Of a DNA stretch of 64,000 bases, positions 46,715 to 56,304 are shown piece by piece (the stretch's first letter is position 1; every line of letters starts with the position of its first letter). A program made the translations under genes and the position numbers. A model generated the notes under the pieces. That model was not told where the DNA came from and ran no database searches. It saw nothing but the letters and a program-made list of their open reading frames with translations. This DNA is from a bacterium (candidate division B38) B3_B38 (GTDB lineage: Bacteria > Acidobacteriota > B3-B38 > Guanabaribacteriales > B3-B38). Where the stretch lies: the NCBI GenBank assembly GCA_005223145.1, contig NJBL01000001.1, forward strand, positions 12,477-76,476. The letters are read 5' to 3'.

Positions 46715-49700
46715 ATGAAAGCAAAAAAACTGTTTGGCTTTCTTCTTGTTGTGTTTTTATTGTATTGTGGGCTTTCCTATGCCATGCCAGAAGCCCGTCC
46801 GCTTCGCTTCCCGGCAATTTACCACAACCAGATCGTATTTACCTATGCCGGCGATCTCTACACGGTTCCATCAACAGGCGGGGTTGCTCGCAAGCTGACC
46901 AGCCACGAAGGCTTCGAAATCTTTGCCCGCTTCTCGCCTGATGGAAAGAACATAGCGTTTACTGGGGAATATGACGGCAATCGCGAAGTTTATCTATTAC
47001 CGGCAAACGGCGGGGTACCTGAACGGCTTACATACACCACCTCCCTCAGCCGTGATGATGTTTCAGACCGTATGGGTCCCAATAATATAGTAATGGGATG
47101 GAAGCACGACAATAAGCATATTGTTTTTCGCTCGCGCATGCGGGAATGGAATGATTTCAATGGTCAGCTCTATCTTGCTTCTGTTGATGGCGGAACTCCG
47201 GTACAGTTGCCGCTGCCGAGGGGTGGATTTTGCTCATTCTCTCCCGACGATAAAAAGTTTGCCTATAATCGTATATTCCGTGAGTTCAGAACCTGGAAGC
47301 GTTACCGCGGTGGAATGGCGGATGATATCTGGATCTACGACTTTGATACAAAGAAAATAGAAAACATCACCGACAATCCCGCACAGGATATTTTCCCCAT
47401 GTGGAGTGGCGACAAAATCTACTTCCTTTCCGACCGTGATGAGAACAAAAAGATGAATCTCTATGTCTATGACATGGCGACCAAAGAAACAAGAAAATTA
47501 ACCAATTTCACAGAATTCGATATCAAGTTTCCTTCTCTTGGTTCTGAGGCTGTTGTGTTTGAAAACGGGGGCTACATCTATCGCTTTGATCTGGCCGAAG
47601 AGCAGGCGGTTAAAGTTCCCATTGTCATAGCTAACGATATGGTTTCTGGACGCGATAAGATTGTTAATGTAATGGACAAGATAACCAATTATGAAATCGC
47701 TCCCGATGGGAAAAGGGCATTATTTGGCGCCCGAGGTGAAATCTTCACGGTGCCAGCAAAGCATGGAAATACACGCAACCTGACAAACACCTCTGGATTT
47801 CATGAACGAAACTCAAAATGGTCACCAGACGGTAAATGGATTGCTTATATTTCCGATGCCAGCGGTGCCAATGAAATCTACATCATGCCGCAAGATGGTG
47901 CTGAAAAGCCTCAGCAGATCACAAAAGATGCTGACACTTATAAATATCAAATATACTGGTCTCCCGATAGCAAAAAACTGATCTGGAGTGATAAGAAACT
48001 CCGCCTAAATTATGTTGACATTGAGACGAAGAAGACCGTTGAGGTAGCAAGAGCAAAAGCTTGGGAGATACGCCAATACGCCTGGTCTCCAGATAGCATG
48101 TGGATTGCTTATGCAAAACCGGAAGCAGAGGCTATGACAAAGGTCTATCTTTACTCCCTTCCGGCAAAAAAGACATACGAAGTGACGGATGGTTGGTACT
48201 CTTCGAATAGTCCTTCCTTTAGTTCGGACGGAAAGTTTCTGTTTTTTGTTTCCGACAGAGATTTCAATCCTATTTATAGTCGAACAGAATTTAACCATGC
48301 CTATCTAGCTATGTCCAGAGTCTATCTGGTAACATTGTCTGCCGATGAGAAATCACCCTTCGAGCCCATAAGCGATGAGGTCGAGCTCAAGCAGGAAGTT
48401 AGCGAGGAGACCGGAAAATCCGGCAGTAAACTTGCACCAGACAAAAAGGACAACCTTCAGGAAAAGGAAGTTCAGGTAAATGTTGATGCCACTGGTTTAA
48501 AGGAGCGAATCGTCGGTCTTCCAATCGAAATCGCCTATTATTATCATATTACATCCGTTGGAGACAAAATCTACTACATGAAGAGGAAGGATGGGGAGAG
48601 GAAAGCATCTTTGAAAATGTATGACCTGGAGGAAAAAGAGGAAAAGGATTTAGGTTATATCAACGGTTACGAAATCTCAGCCGATCAAAAGAAGATGCTG
48701 GTATCCCAGGATAAATCCTACGCCATCATTGACCTTCCGAGAGCTCAAATAAAAATCGAGGACAAGCTGGATTTATCCCATATGGAAATGAAGCTGGACC
48801 GAAGAGAAGAGTGGAACCAGATTTTCGATGAATGTTGGCGCCAGATGAAGTACTTCTTTTATGACCCCAATATGCATGGGGTTGATTGGGAGGCGATAAA
48901 GCTTCGCTACCAACCACTGGCGCAGGCAGTGAACCACCGTGCCGACTTGACCTATGTCATTGGAGAAATGGTCGGAGAGCTGAACATAGGGCATACCTAT
49001 GTCGGCGGCGGTGATGTACCAAAGCTTAAGAAGCTTAAGGTAGGGAGGCTTGGCGCCCAATTTGTACGGGACCCAAAAACACGCTTTTACAAAATCGCCA
49101 GGATACTGAAAGGTCAGAACTGGGATAAGTCCCTGCGCTCGCCCTTAACCGAGATCGGTGTTAATGTGAAAGAGGGTGACCACATTATAGCCATTAATGG
49201 AAAGCTGACAAACAAAATGACCGACATGTATGAATCCCTGCTAAACACTGTAGGAAAGCAAGTGACCCTTAAAGTGAACACCAAATCCGAAGAGAAGGGA
49301 AGCCGTGAAGTTGTTGTTGTCCCTATTGAAAATGAGCAATCCCTGCATTACTACAACTGGGTCCAGAACAATATTGAAAAAGTCAATAAAGCTACCAACG
49401 GGAAAGTCGGCTATATCCATGTACCGGATATGGGAGCAAGAGGTCTGAGTGAATTTGTAAAACATTTTTATCCACAACTCCGGAAAAAGGCGCTGATCAT
49501 CGATGTTCGGAGCAATGGCGGCGGTAATGTTTCTCCTATGCTTATTGAACGGTTGAAGCGGGAGATAGCCATGGTGGGTATTGCCCGCAATACCATCCCA
49601 ACTCCTGACCCTGAAGCGATAATATTAGGTCCCAAGGTCTGTTTGATTGATGAGTTTTCCGCCTCCGATGGGGACATCTTTCCGTATCGTTTCAGGAAAG

Positions 49701-50002
49701 CTAAACTCGGCAAATTAATCGGAAAACGCACCTGGGGTGGCGTTACCGGGATTCGTGGTTCCTTGCCCCTTGTTGATGGCGGCTTTTTAATGAAGCCCGA
49801 GTTTGCTATCTATAGCGTGGACGGGAAAGAATGGATTATTGAGGGACACGGTGTTGAGCCTGATATTCCTGTAGATAATGATCCAGCCAAGGAGTTTGCA
49901 GGCATCGATGAGCAGTTAAACAAGGCTATTGAAGTCATTCTCGAAGAGTTGAAAACCAAAGGAAGGGAATTGCCTTCACCTCCACCTAATAAGGACAAAT
50001 AA
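46715..50002 (+). CDS. Tricorn protease homolog (N-terminal beta-propellers, PDZ, C-terminal S41 peptidase domain), secreted
   Basis: 1095 aa with signal peptide. Repeated propeller-like segments (YHNQIVFTYAGDLY, WSPDGKWIAYISD, WSPDSKKLIW, WSPDSMWIAY). C-terminal peptidase region (GYIHVPDMG ... IDVRSNGGG ... LIGKRTWGG). Confidence 0.85.
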   Translation: MKAKKLFGFLLVVFLLYCGLSYAMPEARPLRFPAIYHNQIVFTYAGDLYTVPSTGGVARKLTSHEGFEIFARFSPDGKNIAFTGEYDGNREVYLLPANGGVPERLTYTTSLSRDDVSDRMGPNNIVMGWKHDNKHIVFRSRMREWNDFNGQLYLASVDGGTPVQLPLPRGGFCSFSPDDKKFAYNRIFREFRTWKRYRGGMADDIWIYDFDTKKIENITDNPAQDIFPMWSGDKIYFLSDRDENKKMNLYVYDMATKETRKLTNFTEFDIKFPSLGSEAVVFENGGYIYRFDLAEEQAVKVPIVIANDMVSGRDKIVNVMDKITNYEIAPDGKRALFGARGEIFTVPAKHGNTRNLTNTSGFHERNSKWSPDGKWIAYISDASGANEIYIMPQDGAEKPQQITKDADTYKYQIYWSPDSKKLIWSDKKLRLNYVDIETKKTVEVARAKAWEIRQYAWSPDSMWIAYAKPEAEAMTKVYLYSLPAKKTYEVTDGWYSSNSPSFSSDGKFLFFVSDRDFNPIYSRTEFNHAYLAMSRVYLVTLSADEKSPFEPISDEVELKQEVSEETGKSGSKLAPDKKDNLQEKEVQVNVDATGLKERIVGLPIEIAYYYHITSVGDKIYYMKRKDGERKASLKMYDLEEKEEKDLGYINGYEISADQKKMLVSQDKSYAIIDLPRAQIKIEDKLDLSHMEMKLDRREEWNQIFDECWRQMKYFFYDPNMHGVDWEAIKLRYQPLAQAVNHRADLTYVIGEMVGELNIGHTYVGGGDVPKLKKLKVGRLGAQFVRDPKTRFYKIARILKGQNWDKSLRSPLTEIGVNVKEGDHIIAINGKLTNKMTDMYESLLNTVGKQVTLKVNTKSEEKGSREVVVVPIENEQSLHYYNWVQNNIEKVNKATNGKVGYIHVPDMGARGLSEFVKHFYPQLRKKALIIDVRSNGGGNVSPMLIERLKREIAMVGIARNTIPTPDPEAIILGPKVCLIDEFSASDGDIFPYRFRKAKLGKLIGKRTWGGVTGIRGSLPLVDGGFLMKPEFAIYSVDGKEWIIEGHGVEPDIPVDNDPAKEFAGIDEQLNKAIEVILEELKTKGRELPSPPPNKDK

Positions 50003-50354
50003 ACAAATTCCCGGCCTGATGTTTTGCTTTTGAGGTAAGAGGAAAAGGCTATATCCGTATTTAATCTCTTACCGAATATGAAAGGAGTAAAGAACCTTAC
50101 CGCAAAAAGTGGTGTGTGGTCGTTGCAAATATCCCCTTCCTGTGCCGGGCACAATTCTTGGTCTCCGCCAGAGGAAGTAGCAAATCCTCCTCAGAATTTG
50201 ATTAATATAGTTCGACCCAAGCTAAAGCTGACCAGTCAGTTTCTCCGCCCCTACTATCCAGTTCAAGAGAAAACTGCTAATTGTTACTGTTATTTTAAAG
50301 GTTGAATTATAGACTGAAAATCAAGAAGGCTAAGTTTGTATTTATAAAAGAAGA

Positions 50355-50579
50355 ATGACACTAATGTCTAAGGATAAAGCCTTCTGGGGCAAAACAGCAC
50401 TGCTTTCCTCTGCCGGAATAATGTTCCCTCTTTGCACTGCTTTAGGATATGGCTGGGGATATCTGATGGACAAATGGCTGGGCACCAAGCCCATCTTTTC
50501 CATCATCTTCCTCCTTTTAGGGATAGCCGCCGGGTTTATAAACTTTTTCCGCGTTATTGCCAAAGTTGAAAATAAGTAG
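50355..50579 (+). CDS. AtpZ/AtpI-family small membrane protein preceding the ATP synthase Fo genes
   Basis: 74 aa, two TM helices. Position upstream of atpI/atpB. Confidence 0.5.
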   Translation: MTLMSKDKAFWGKTALLSSAGIMFPLCTALGYGWGYLMDKWLGTKPIFSIIFLLLGIAAGFINFFRVIAKVENK

Positions 50580-50970
50580 CTGGACACTATTGAAGGACGA
50601 GGACCCACTGGTAAGGAGAGTGGGACGAAACGCCCTCATCTACCTGATAGGGCTTCTCGTGGTAAGCCCCTTGCTCTTCGGCTGGAGCTTCGCCGGGGGA
50701 TGCCTGATAGGGGGAGTAGTCGCCATTTTAGCCTTTCAGTGGCTCAAAAAGGGGAGCGACATCATTTTGAGCGGGAAGAAGAGGGCTTCTTTAGTGGCGA
50801 ATCTTTTCAAATTTCTCCTTCGTTTTCTCTTGATTGCAGCGGCGTTATATGGTAGTATTAAAAGCAATTTTTTTGATGTTAACGGCATAGTTGTGGGACT
50901 ATCCGCTATGGTCGCTGGAGTAATAGGAGAAGGTTTTTATCAGACGGCTCTAATCTTCAAGAAGCGGTGA
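50557..50970 (+). CDS. atpI: ATP synthase protein I-like membrane protein
   Basis: 137 aa, four hydrophobic helices. Immediately upstream of atpB. Confidence 0.5.
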   Translation: MPKLKISSWTLLKDEDPLVRRVGRNALIYLIGLLVVSPLLFGWSFAGGCLIGGVVAILAFQWLKKGSDIILSGKKRASLVANLFKFLLRFLLIAAALYGSIKSNFFDVNGIVVGLSAMVAGVIGEGFYQTALIFKKR

Positions 50971-50976
50971 CGACGA

Positions 50977-51690
50977 ATGCCTGAAGAACATTCACTCCTG
51001 TACAGCATTATTAATCCGCTTCTGGTGAAGCTGTTCCATCTACCCGGGGGTACCTCTGTCATTCCGGAGCATGTCCTTATGGCCATGGTGGTAGTGGTGG
51101 GCTGTCTTATTCTATTTCCTCTAATTCGAAGAAAGCTCAGACCAACCAACCCGGGCTACTTCCAGCAGATGCTGGAGCTGGGAGTGGAGTGGTTGCTTCG
51201 GCTTCTCACCAGCCATATCGGTCCTCAGGGAAGGAAATACCTCCCCCTTATTGGCACACTGGCGATATTCATCCTTTTCGCCAACCTCCTCGGCATAGTG
51301 CCCGGTTTTCTTCCACCTACCAGCAACATCAATACCACCGTTGGGTTAGCATTAGTCTCCTTTTGCTATTACAATATGATGGGGGTCAGGGAGAAAGGCC
51401 CGCTAAAGTATCTGAAGCAATTCGGCGGAACTGTATGGTGGATATCCCCTCTGATCTTCCCTATCGAGGTCATAAGCCACTTTGCTCGCCCCCTTTCCCT
51501 CTCCATCAGGCTTTTCGGTAACATCTTCGGCGACCATGTGCTAATAATGGTATTTTTTTCTCTTTTCCCTCTATTCATCCCTCTGCCGATGATATGCCTG
51601 AGCCTTTTTGTGGCGGGGATACAGACCTACATATTTGTCTTATTGTCAACCATTTACATCGCTGGCGCGGTGGCTGCAGGGGAGCATTAA
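50977..51690 (+). CDS. atpB: F-type ATP synthase Fo subunit a
   Basis: Conserved Arg-containing helix LSIRLFGNIFGDHVL. 237 aa. Confidence 0.9.
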   Translation: MPEEHSLLYSIINPLLVKLFHLPGGTSVIPEHVLMAMVVVVGCLILFPLIRRKLRPTNPGYFQQMLELGVEWLLRLLTSHIGPQGRKYLPLIGTLAIFILFANLLGIVPGFLPPTSNINTTVGLALVSFCYYNMMGVREKGPLKYLKQFGGTVWWISPLIFPIEVISHFARPLSLSIRLFGNIFGDHVLIMVFFSLFPLFIPLPMICLSLFVAGIQTYIFVLLSTIYIAGAVAAGEH

Positions 51691-51798
51691 GTGGGAGGGA
51701 AATCAATCCCATGGGGAGTAAGACTTTAAATTGTCGCCAAGAAACTAAAGGGAATTTATCAAACTCAACCTATTACTTTCAAAAGGAGGAGGGCTAAA

Positions 51799-52122
51799 GT
51801 GTACCGGAAACCGTTGATAATGCTGTTCTTAGCAGGGATGCTTTTGCTGATAGTAGCTCCAGCCTTCGCTCAGGAGGAGAAACCCTTGAAGGAGACCGAC
51901 CCCAGAGTAGCTATATGGGCTATGATCCTCTCTGCAGCTGTGATGGGTCTGGTCTCCTGTCTTTGCGCCTGGGCACAGAGCAGTGCCTTAGCATCGGCTT
52001 GCGAAGGGATGGCTCGAAACCCATCGGCGGCAGGAGATATAAGGGGGATTCTCATTATAGGGTTGGTATTAATCGAGTCCCTGGCACTGTACAGTTTGGT
52101 GGTGATCTTCATTAAAATTTAA
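51799..52122 (+). CDS. atpE: F-type ATP synthase Fo subunit c with N-terminal signal-peptide-like extension
   Basis: GMARNPSAAGDIRGILIIGLVLIESLALYSLVV hairpin motif with carboxylate Glu. About 30 extra N-terminal residues (MYRKPLIMLFLAGMLLLIVAPAFAQEE). Confidence 0.8.
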   Translation: MYRKPLIMLFLAGMLLLIVAPAFAQEEKPLKETDPRVAIWAMILSAAVMGLVSCLCAWAQSSALASACEGMARNPSAAGDIRGILIIGLVLIESLALYSLVVIFIKI

Positions 52123-52308
52123 GCTTCTTGAAGATAGCCCACCCTCCGGAGATGGGAAAAAGAGAGAGTTTTCCCAAATGCTTTGACTTCCCCTCTCCCA
52201 GGGAGCAGATGCTACAAATTTCCCTGACTGGGGAGGGGTGGAGACTGTTGCCCAGAAAACATATATTCGTTTATAATAAAGTATTATTAAACCCTCTCAG
52301 GAGGTAAG

Positions 52309-52893
52309 ATGGAACCTTTCGTAATCAAGGACGATAAGGTAAATGTGGCGGAGATTATGGAGCACATCCGCCAGCAAATTGAGAAGAAAAAGAGGGTATT
52401 GTATACAGAAGAGGAACTGGAAGAACTGGCAAAAACCAAGCTGAGCTCCTACATTCACTCCTCTGAAGTGAAAAGCTCCTTTGCCGAGGAGCTTCAAGCC
52501 CTGAAAGCCGATTGGAACATCTCCATATCCCTGGAGTCCCTCTACAAATCCCACCCCAGCCTTTATGGGAGGATGATCTACCGAATCAGGAAGCTTCTCC
52601 GCCCCGTAACAAGGTTCTTTATGAACATTGATGTCCTTTTTCCTGAATTTCATAAGCAAACAAAGCTCAATCTCAACTTCGCCCATCTACTCCATAATCT
52701 CATTCTGGAACTTACCAAGCTGAGACTGGATCACGACGAATTGAAGAGCCGTCTCGAGGGCCTCAACCAGCGTTTGGAACATCAGACCAAAAGGGAAAGA
52801 ACCCTGGAAAAGATGGTGGTTTTCAAAAAGACCACCTCCCCAAGTAAAGGGACCAAAAGGGGAAAAAGCTCTCCTGACAAGGACAAAAGGTGA
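52309..52893 (+). CDS. Hypothetical coiled-coil protein, first gene of the glycosyltransferase operon
   Basis: ORF with SD AGGAGG upstream. No motif. Confidence 0.4.
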   Translation: MEPFVIKDDKVNVAEIMEHIRQQIEKKKRVLYTEEELEELAKTKLSSYIHSSEVKSSFAEELQALKADWNISISLESLYKSHPSLYGRMIYRIRKLLRPVTRFFMNIDVLFPEFHKQTKLNLNFAHLLHNLILELTKLRLDHDELKSRLEGLNQRLEHQTKRERTLEKMVVFKKTTSPSKGTKRGKSSPDKDKR

Positions 52894-54155
52894 ACTCAAC
52901 CCCCCATCTACCCACGCTCTGTTTAGGTGCAAAAGAGAACCCTTCGCCCCTGAGGATTGCTTTTGTCATCCAGCGATATGGCTTGGAGGTCAACGGGGGA
53001 GCAGAACTCCTTTGCCGATGGGTAGCAGAACATCTGGCTAAATACTGCCAGGTGGAAGTTTTCACCACCCAAGCCCTCGATTACATCACCTGGAAGAACT
53101 ATTACCACCGAGGAAGAGCTCTGGTAAACCAGATTCCGGTCAGGAGGTTTCCGGTCAGAAGGGTAAGAGACTCTTACAAATTTGGGCTGATTCAGGAATA
53201 TGTCTTTAACCATCCCCATCAGGAGAAGGATGAGCTCCGCTGGCTCAAAGAAGAGGGTCCTTACTCCCCTGCCCTGATAAAGGAGATAAAGAGGAAAAGG
53301 GGGGAGTTTGACTACTTCATCTTCTTCAGCTACCGCTATTATCACTCCTATCATGGCATCAACGCAGTCCCTGAGAAGAGCATCCTGGTCCCCACCGCCG
53401 AGCACGACCAGGCTATCTACCTGAGCATCTTTCGCCCCTCTTTTACCCGACCCCTGGCTATTGTTTACAGCTCATTGGAAGAGAAGGCTCTGATTAACCA
53501 GAACTTTCACAATGAAGAGGTTCCCAGCAATATAGTGGGAGTGGGAATTGAGCTTCCGCCAGAAACCGATGCTAACTCTTTCCGCCAGAAGTTCAATATC
53601 CCCGGAAGGTTCATCCTCTATTTAGGTCGCATTGACGAGAATAAGGGCTGTCCCCAGCTCTTCCGTTACTTCCTCCGCTTTCTGAACGATACCAAAGAGG
53701 AAGAGCTCCAACTCCTCCTGGTAGGCTCCAGCATAATAGAGATTCCTGAGCACCCTCAAATCCGTCATTTAGGTTTTCTTCCTGACCAGGACAAGTTCGA
53801 TGCCCTGGCTGCTGCTGAGCTACTGGTTATGCCCTCCTTATACGAAAGCCTCTCAATAGTTTTGCTGGAAGCCTGGGCAATGGGCAAACCGGCGTTAGCC
53901 AACGGCAAGTGCGAGGTTCTCCGAGGGCAATGTCTCCGGAGCAATGCTGGGCTTTTCTATACTTCTTATGAGGAATTCCAGATGGCGCTGGAGTTACTGT
54001 TGAAGAACCCATCTCTTTCAAAAGCCCTGGGAAAGAATGGAAGGAAATTCTGCCGTCAGAATTATAGCTGGGATATAATAGAGAAGAAATACATCAATCT
54101 GATAAACCAACTGGAGAGCAGACGAAAAGCAGGAACCCCAAAACCGAGGGCTTAA
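52890..54155 (+). CDS. Glycosyltransferase, GT4-like (type A)
   Basis: N-terminal IAFVIQRYGLEVNGGAELLCR. C-terminal GT-B domain with E-x7-E-like region (PSLYESLSIVLLEAWAMGKP). Confidence 0.75.
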   Translation: MNSTPHLPTLCLGAKENPSPLRIAFVIQRYGLEVNGGAELLCRWVAEHLAKYCQVEVFTTQALDYITWKNYYHRGRALVNQIPVRRFPVRRVRDSYKFGLIQEYVFNHPHQEKDELRWLKEEGPYSPALIKEIKRKRGEFDYFIFFSYRYYHSYHGINAVPEKSILVPTAEHDQAIYLSIFRPSFTRPLAIVYSSLEEKALINQNFHNEEVPSNIVGVGIELPPETDANSFRQKFNIPGRFILYLGRIDENKGCPQLFRYFLRFLNDTKEEELQLLLVGSSIIEIPEHPQIRHLGFLPDQDKFDALAAAELLVMPSLYESLSIVLLEAWAMGKPALANGKCEVLRGQCLRSNAGLFYTSYEEFQMALELLLKNPSLSKALGKNGRKFCRQNYSWDIIEKKYINLINQLESRRKAGTPKPRA

Positions 54156-54169
54156 AGAGGGGGGAAGCT

Positions 54170-55237
54170 ATGGAAGTTCATCAGATGCTCGTCTCCATGT
54201 GCTATGGCGATGCCATCACTGATTACAGCCTGGAGATTCAAAAGATTCTCAGGCGTCAGGGATACCATTCGGAGATCTTCGTGGAGATGTGCGATAGCCG
54301 TATGTGGAAGCATATCAGGAGGTTCGAGGAATATCCTAAGATAAGCTCCCCCTCCAACATTCTTATCCTCCACTTTTCTATCTTATCTCAAGTTTCAAAG
54401 TTAGCTTATCATCTTCCCGATAAAAAGATTTTGATCTATCACAATATCACACCCAGCATCTTTTTTGCCGACTTCCATCCCCATCTGGCAGGGGAATGCT
54501 ACCATGGTAGGAGGGAGCTTAAGGCGTTTAAGGATAAGTGTGATTTAGCTCTGGGGGACTCGGAATTCAACCGTCAGGAGCTGGAAAACCTGGGGTTCCC
54601 GCAAACCGGGGTGCTCCCCATTATCCTCAACTTCCGGAAGTTTGAACCGGCTCCGGACCCGCTGGTCCCCCATCTCTATCCTAAAGGGAGAACCACCTTC
54701 CTCTTCGTGGGTAGGATGGTACCCAATAAAAGGGTGGAGGATATAATTAAGCTCTTTTACTGCTATCATAAATACATCAATCCTAAATCGCAGCTGATAC
54801 TGGTGGGGGAGTACCGGGGTTTCGAGCGATATTACGACTCTTTAAGGAACCTTAGTGCCGAGCTCTCCCTGGAAGATGTTCATTTCACCGGGCATGTGGA
54901 ATTGGAGGAGTTGATTGCCTATTATAAAATGGCTGATGTTTACATCTCCATGAGCGAGCACGAGGGGTTTTGCGTTCCCATTCTGGAAGCTTTCTACTTT
55001 CAAACACCAGTAGTGGCATACAACTCTGCCGCAGTCCCTTATACCATGAGAGGAGCTGGGGTAATGGTTAACCATAAGGACCACCCCCTGATTGCCGAAC
55101 TCATCCATCATATCCTAAGCCATCCGTCCCTAAAGGAGGAGATTATCGCTTCTCAGAACAGAATCTTAGCAAATCTAAAACAAGCCAAGAGTGACCGGTT
55201 ATTATTGAAATATGTAGAGATGGTGGCAGGTCGATGA
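54170..55237 (+). CDS. Glycosyltransferase, GT4-like (type B)
   Basis: MCYGDAITDY N-terminus. C-terminal SMSEHEGFCVPILEAFYFQTPVVAYN. Confidence 0.75.
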   Translation: MEVHQMLVSMCYGDAITDYSLEIQKILRRQGYHSEIFVEMCDSRMWKHIRRFEEYPKISSPSNILILHFSILSQVSKLAYHLPDKKILIYHNITPSIFFADFHPHLAGECYHGRRELKAFKDKCDLALGDSEFNRQELENLGFPQTGVLPIILNFRKFEPAPDPLVPHLYPKGRTTFLFVGRMVPNKRVEDIIKLFYCYHKYINPKSQLILVGEYRGFERYYDSLRNLSAELSLEDVHFTGHVELEELIAYYKMADVYISMSEHEGFCVPILEAFYFQTPVVAYNSAAVPYTMRGAGVMVNHKDHPLIAELIHHILSHPSLKEEIIASQNRILANLKQAKSDRLLLKYVEMVAGR

Positions 55238-56304
55238 AGATAAGCCAGTTAGTCCCGGCCATGCATTATGGGGATGCGATAGGGGATAGCGCCCGCAGGA
55301 TGAAGCTTCTCTTCCTCCAGCGGGGCTATGAGGCTGAAATTTACTCCCTTACCATAGATGAGAGTCTGAAAGATGAGATAAAACCCTTCGCCCAGTTCCA
55401 CCAGGAATATCACTCTGATGACCTCGTCCTGCTCCACTTTGCCCTTCCCTCTCCTATGACCAACCATTTCAAGGAGCTTCCAGGAAAGAAGCTCATCATA
55501 TATCACAATATCACCCCGCCGGAGTTCTTCGCTCCATATAGCTCGGAGCTGGCTAATATAGCGGCAGTAGGAAGGGAGGAGCTTGCCTCCCTGGCTCAGG
55601 TAGCAGATTTGGCCTTAGCAGACTCCGAATATAACCGCCAGGAGATGGAACTATTGAATTTCCCACGCACCGCCGTATTGCCTCTCTTCGTAGACCTGAA
55701 GAGGTATAACCAGCCCTCCGACCCCCTGGTGCTCCAGATGTTTGGAGACGACTCCTTAAATATTCTGTCAGTGGGAAGGGTAGTCCCCAATAAGAAGATC
55801 GAAGACCTGCTGAAGATAACATCCTACATCAGGCACTATCTCACCCCGCTGGTCAGGCTCCTTCTGGTGGGAAAATATAACCTCCTTCCCAATTACTACC
55901 ACCTTCTGATGGAGCTCAGTGCTGACCTCGGGCTCACCCATGAGCAGGTCATCTTTACCGGTCATATCAGCCCTGAGGAATTGGTAACTTATTACAAAGT
56001 TGCCGATATCTACCTCTCTATGAGCGAGCACGAGGGGTTCTGCCTCCCCTTGGTAGAAAGTATGCACTTTAAAGTTCCTATAATAGCCTATAACTCCACC
56101 GCCATCCCTTACACCCTGGGTGGTGCTGGCATACTGGCGAAGGTCAAGAATATACCAGAGATTGCTGAGCTGTGTTATCATCTGGCAAACAACCGACAGC
56201 TACGACAGCGTATTATCTCCACCCAGCAGAGGCGTCTTCGAGATTTTGAGACCTCCAAGTTAGAGAGGCTCTTTATACGGTACATCAGCGAGGTTCTGGG
56301 ATGA
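55234..56304 (+). CDS. Glycosyltransferase, GT4-like (type B', paralog of 54170)
   Basis: MHYGDAIGDS N-terminus. SMSEHEGFCLPLVESMHFKVPIIAYN. 4-nt overlaps with both neighbours. Confidence 0.75.
   Translation: MKISQLVPAMHYGDAIGDSARRMKLLFLQRGYEAEIYSLTIDESLKDEIKPFAQFHQEYHSDDLVLLHFALPSPMTNHFKELPGKKLIIYHNITPPEFFAPYSSELANIAAVGREELASLAQVADLALADSEYNRQEMELLNFPRTAVLPLFVDLKRYNQPSDPLVLQMFGDDSLNILSVGRVVPNKKIEDLLKITSYIRHYLTPLVRLLLVGKYNLLPNYYHLLMELSADLGLTHEQVIFTGHISPEELVTYYKVADIYLSMSEHEGFCLPLVESMHFKVPIIAYNSTAIPYTLGGAGILAKVKNIPEIAELCYHLANNRQLRQRIISTQQRRLRDFETSKLERLFIRYISEVLG

Noticed and set aside
50078-50305. 75-aa ORF between the tricorn protease and atpZ
   Set aside because: No RBS, no motif, and Cys/Pro-rich random-looking composition. 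It is likely non-coding spacer.
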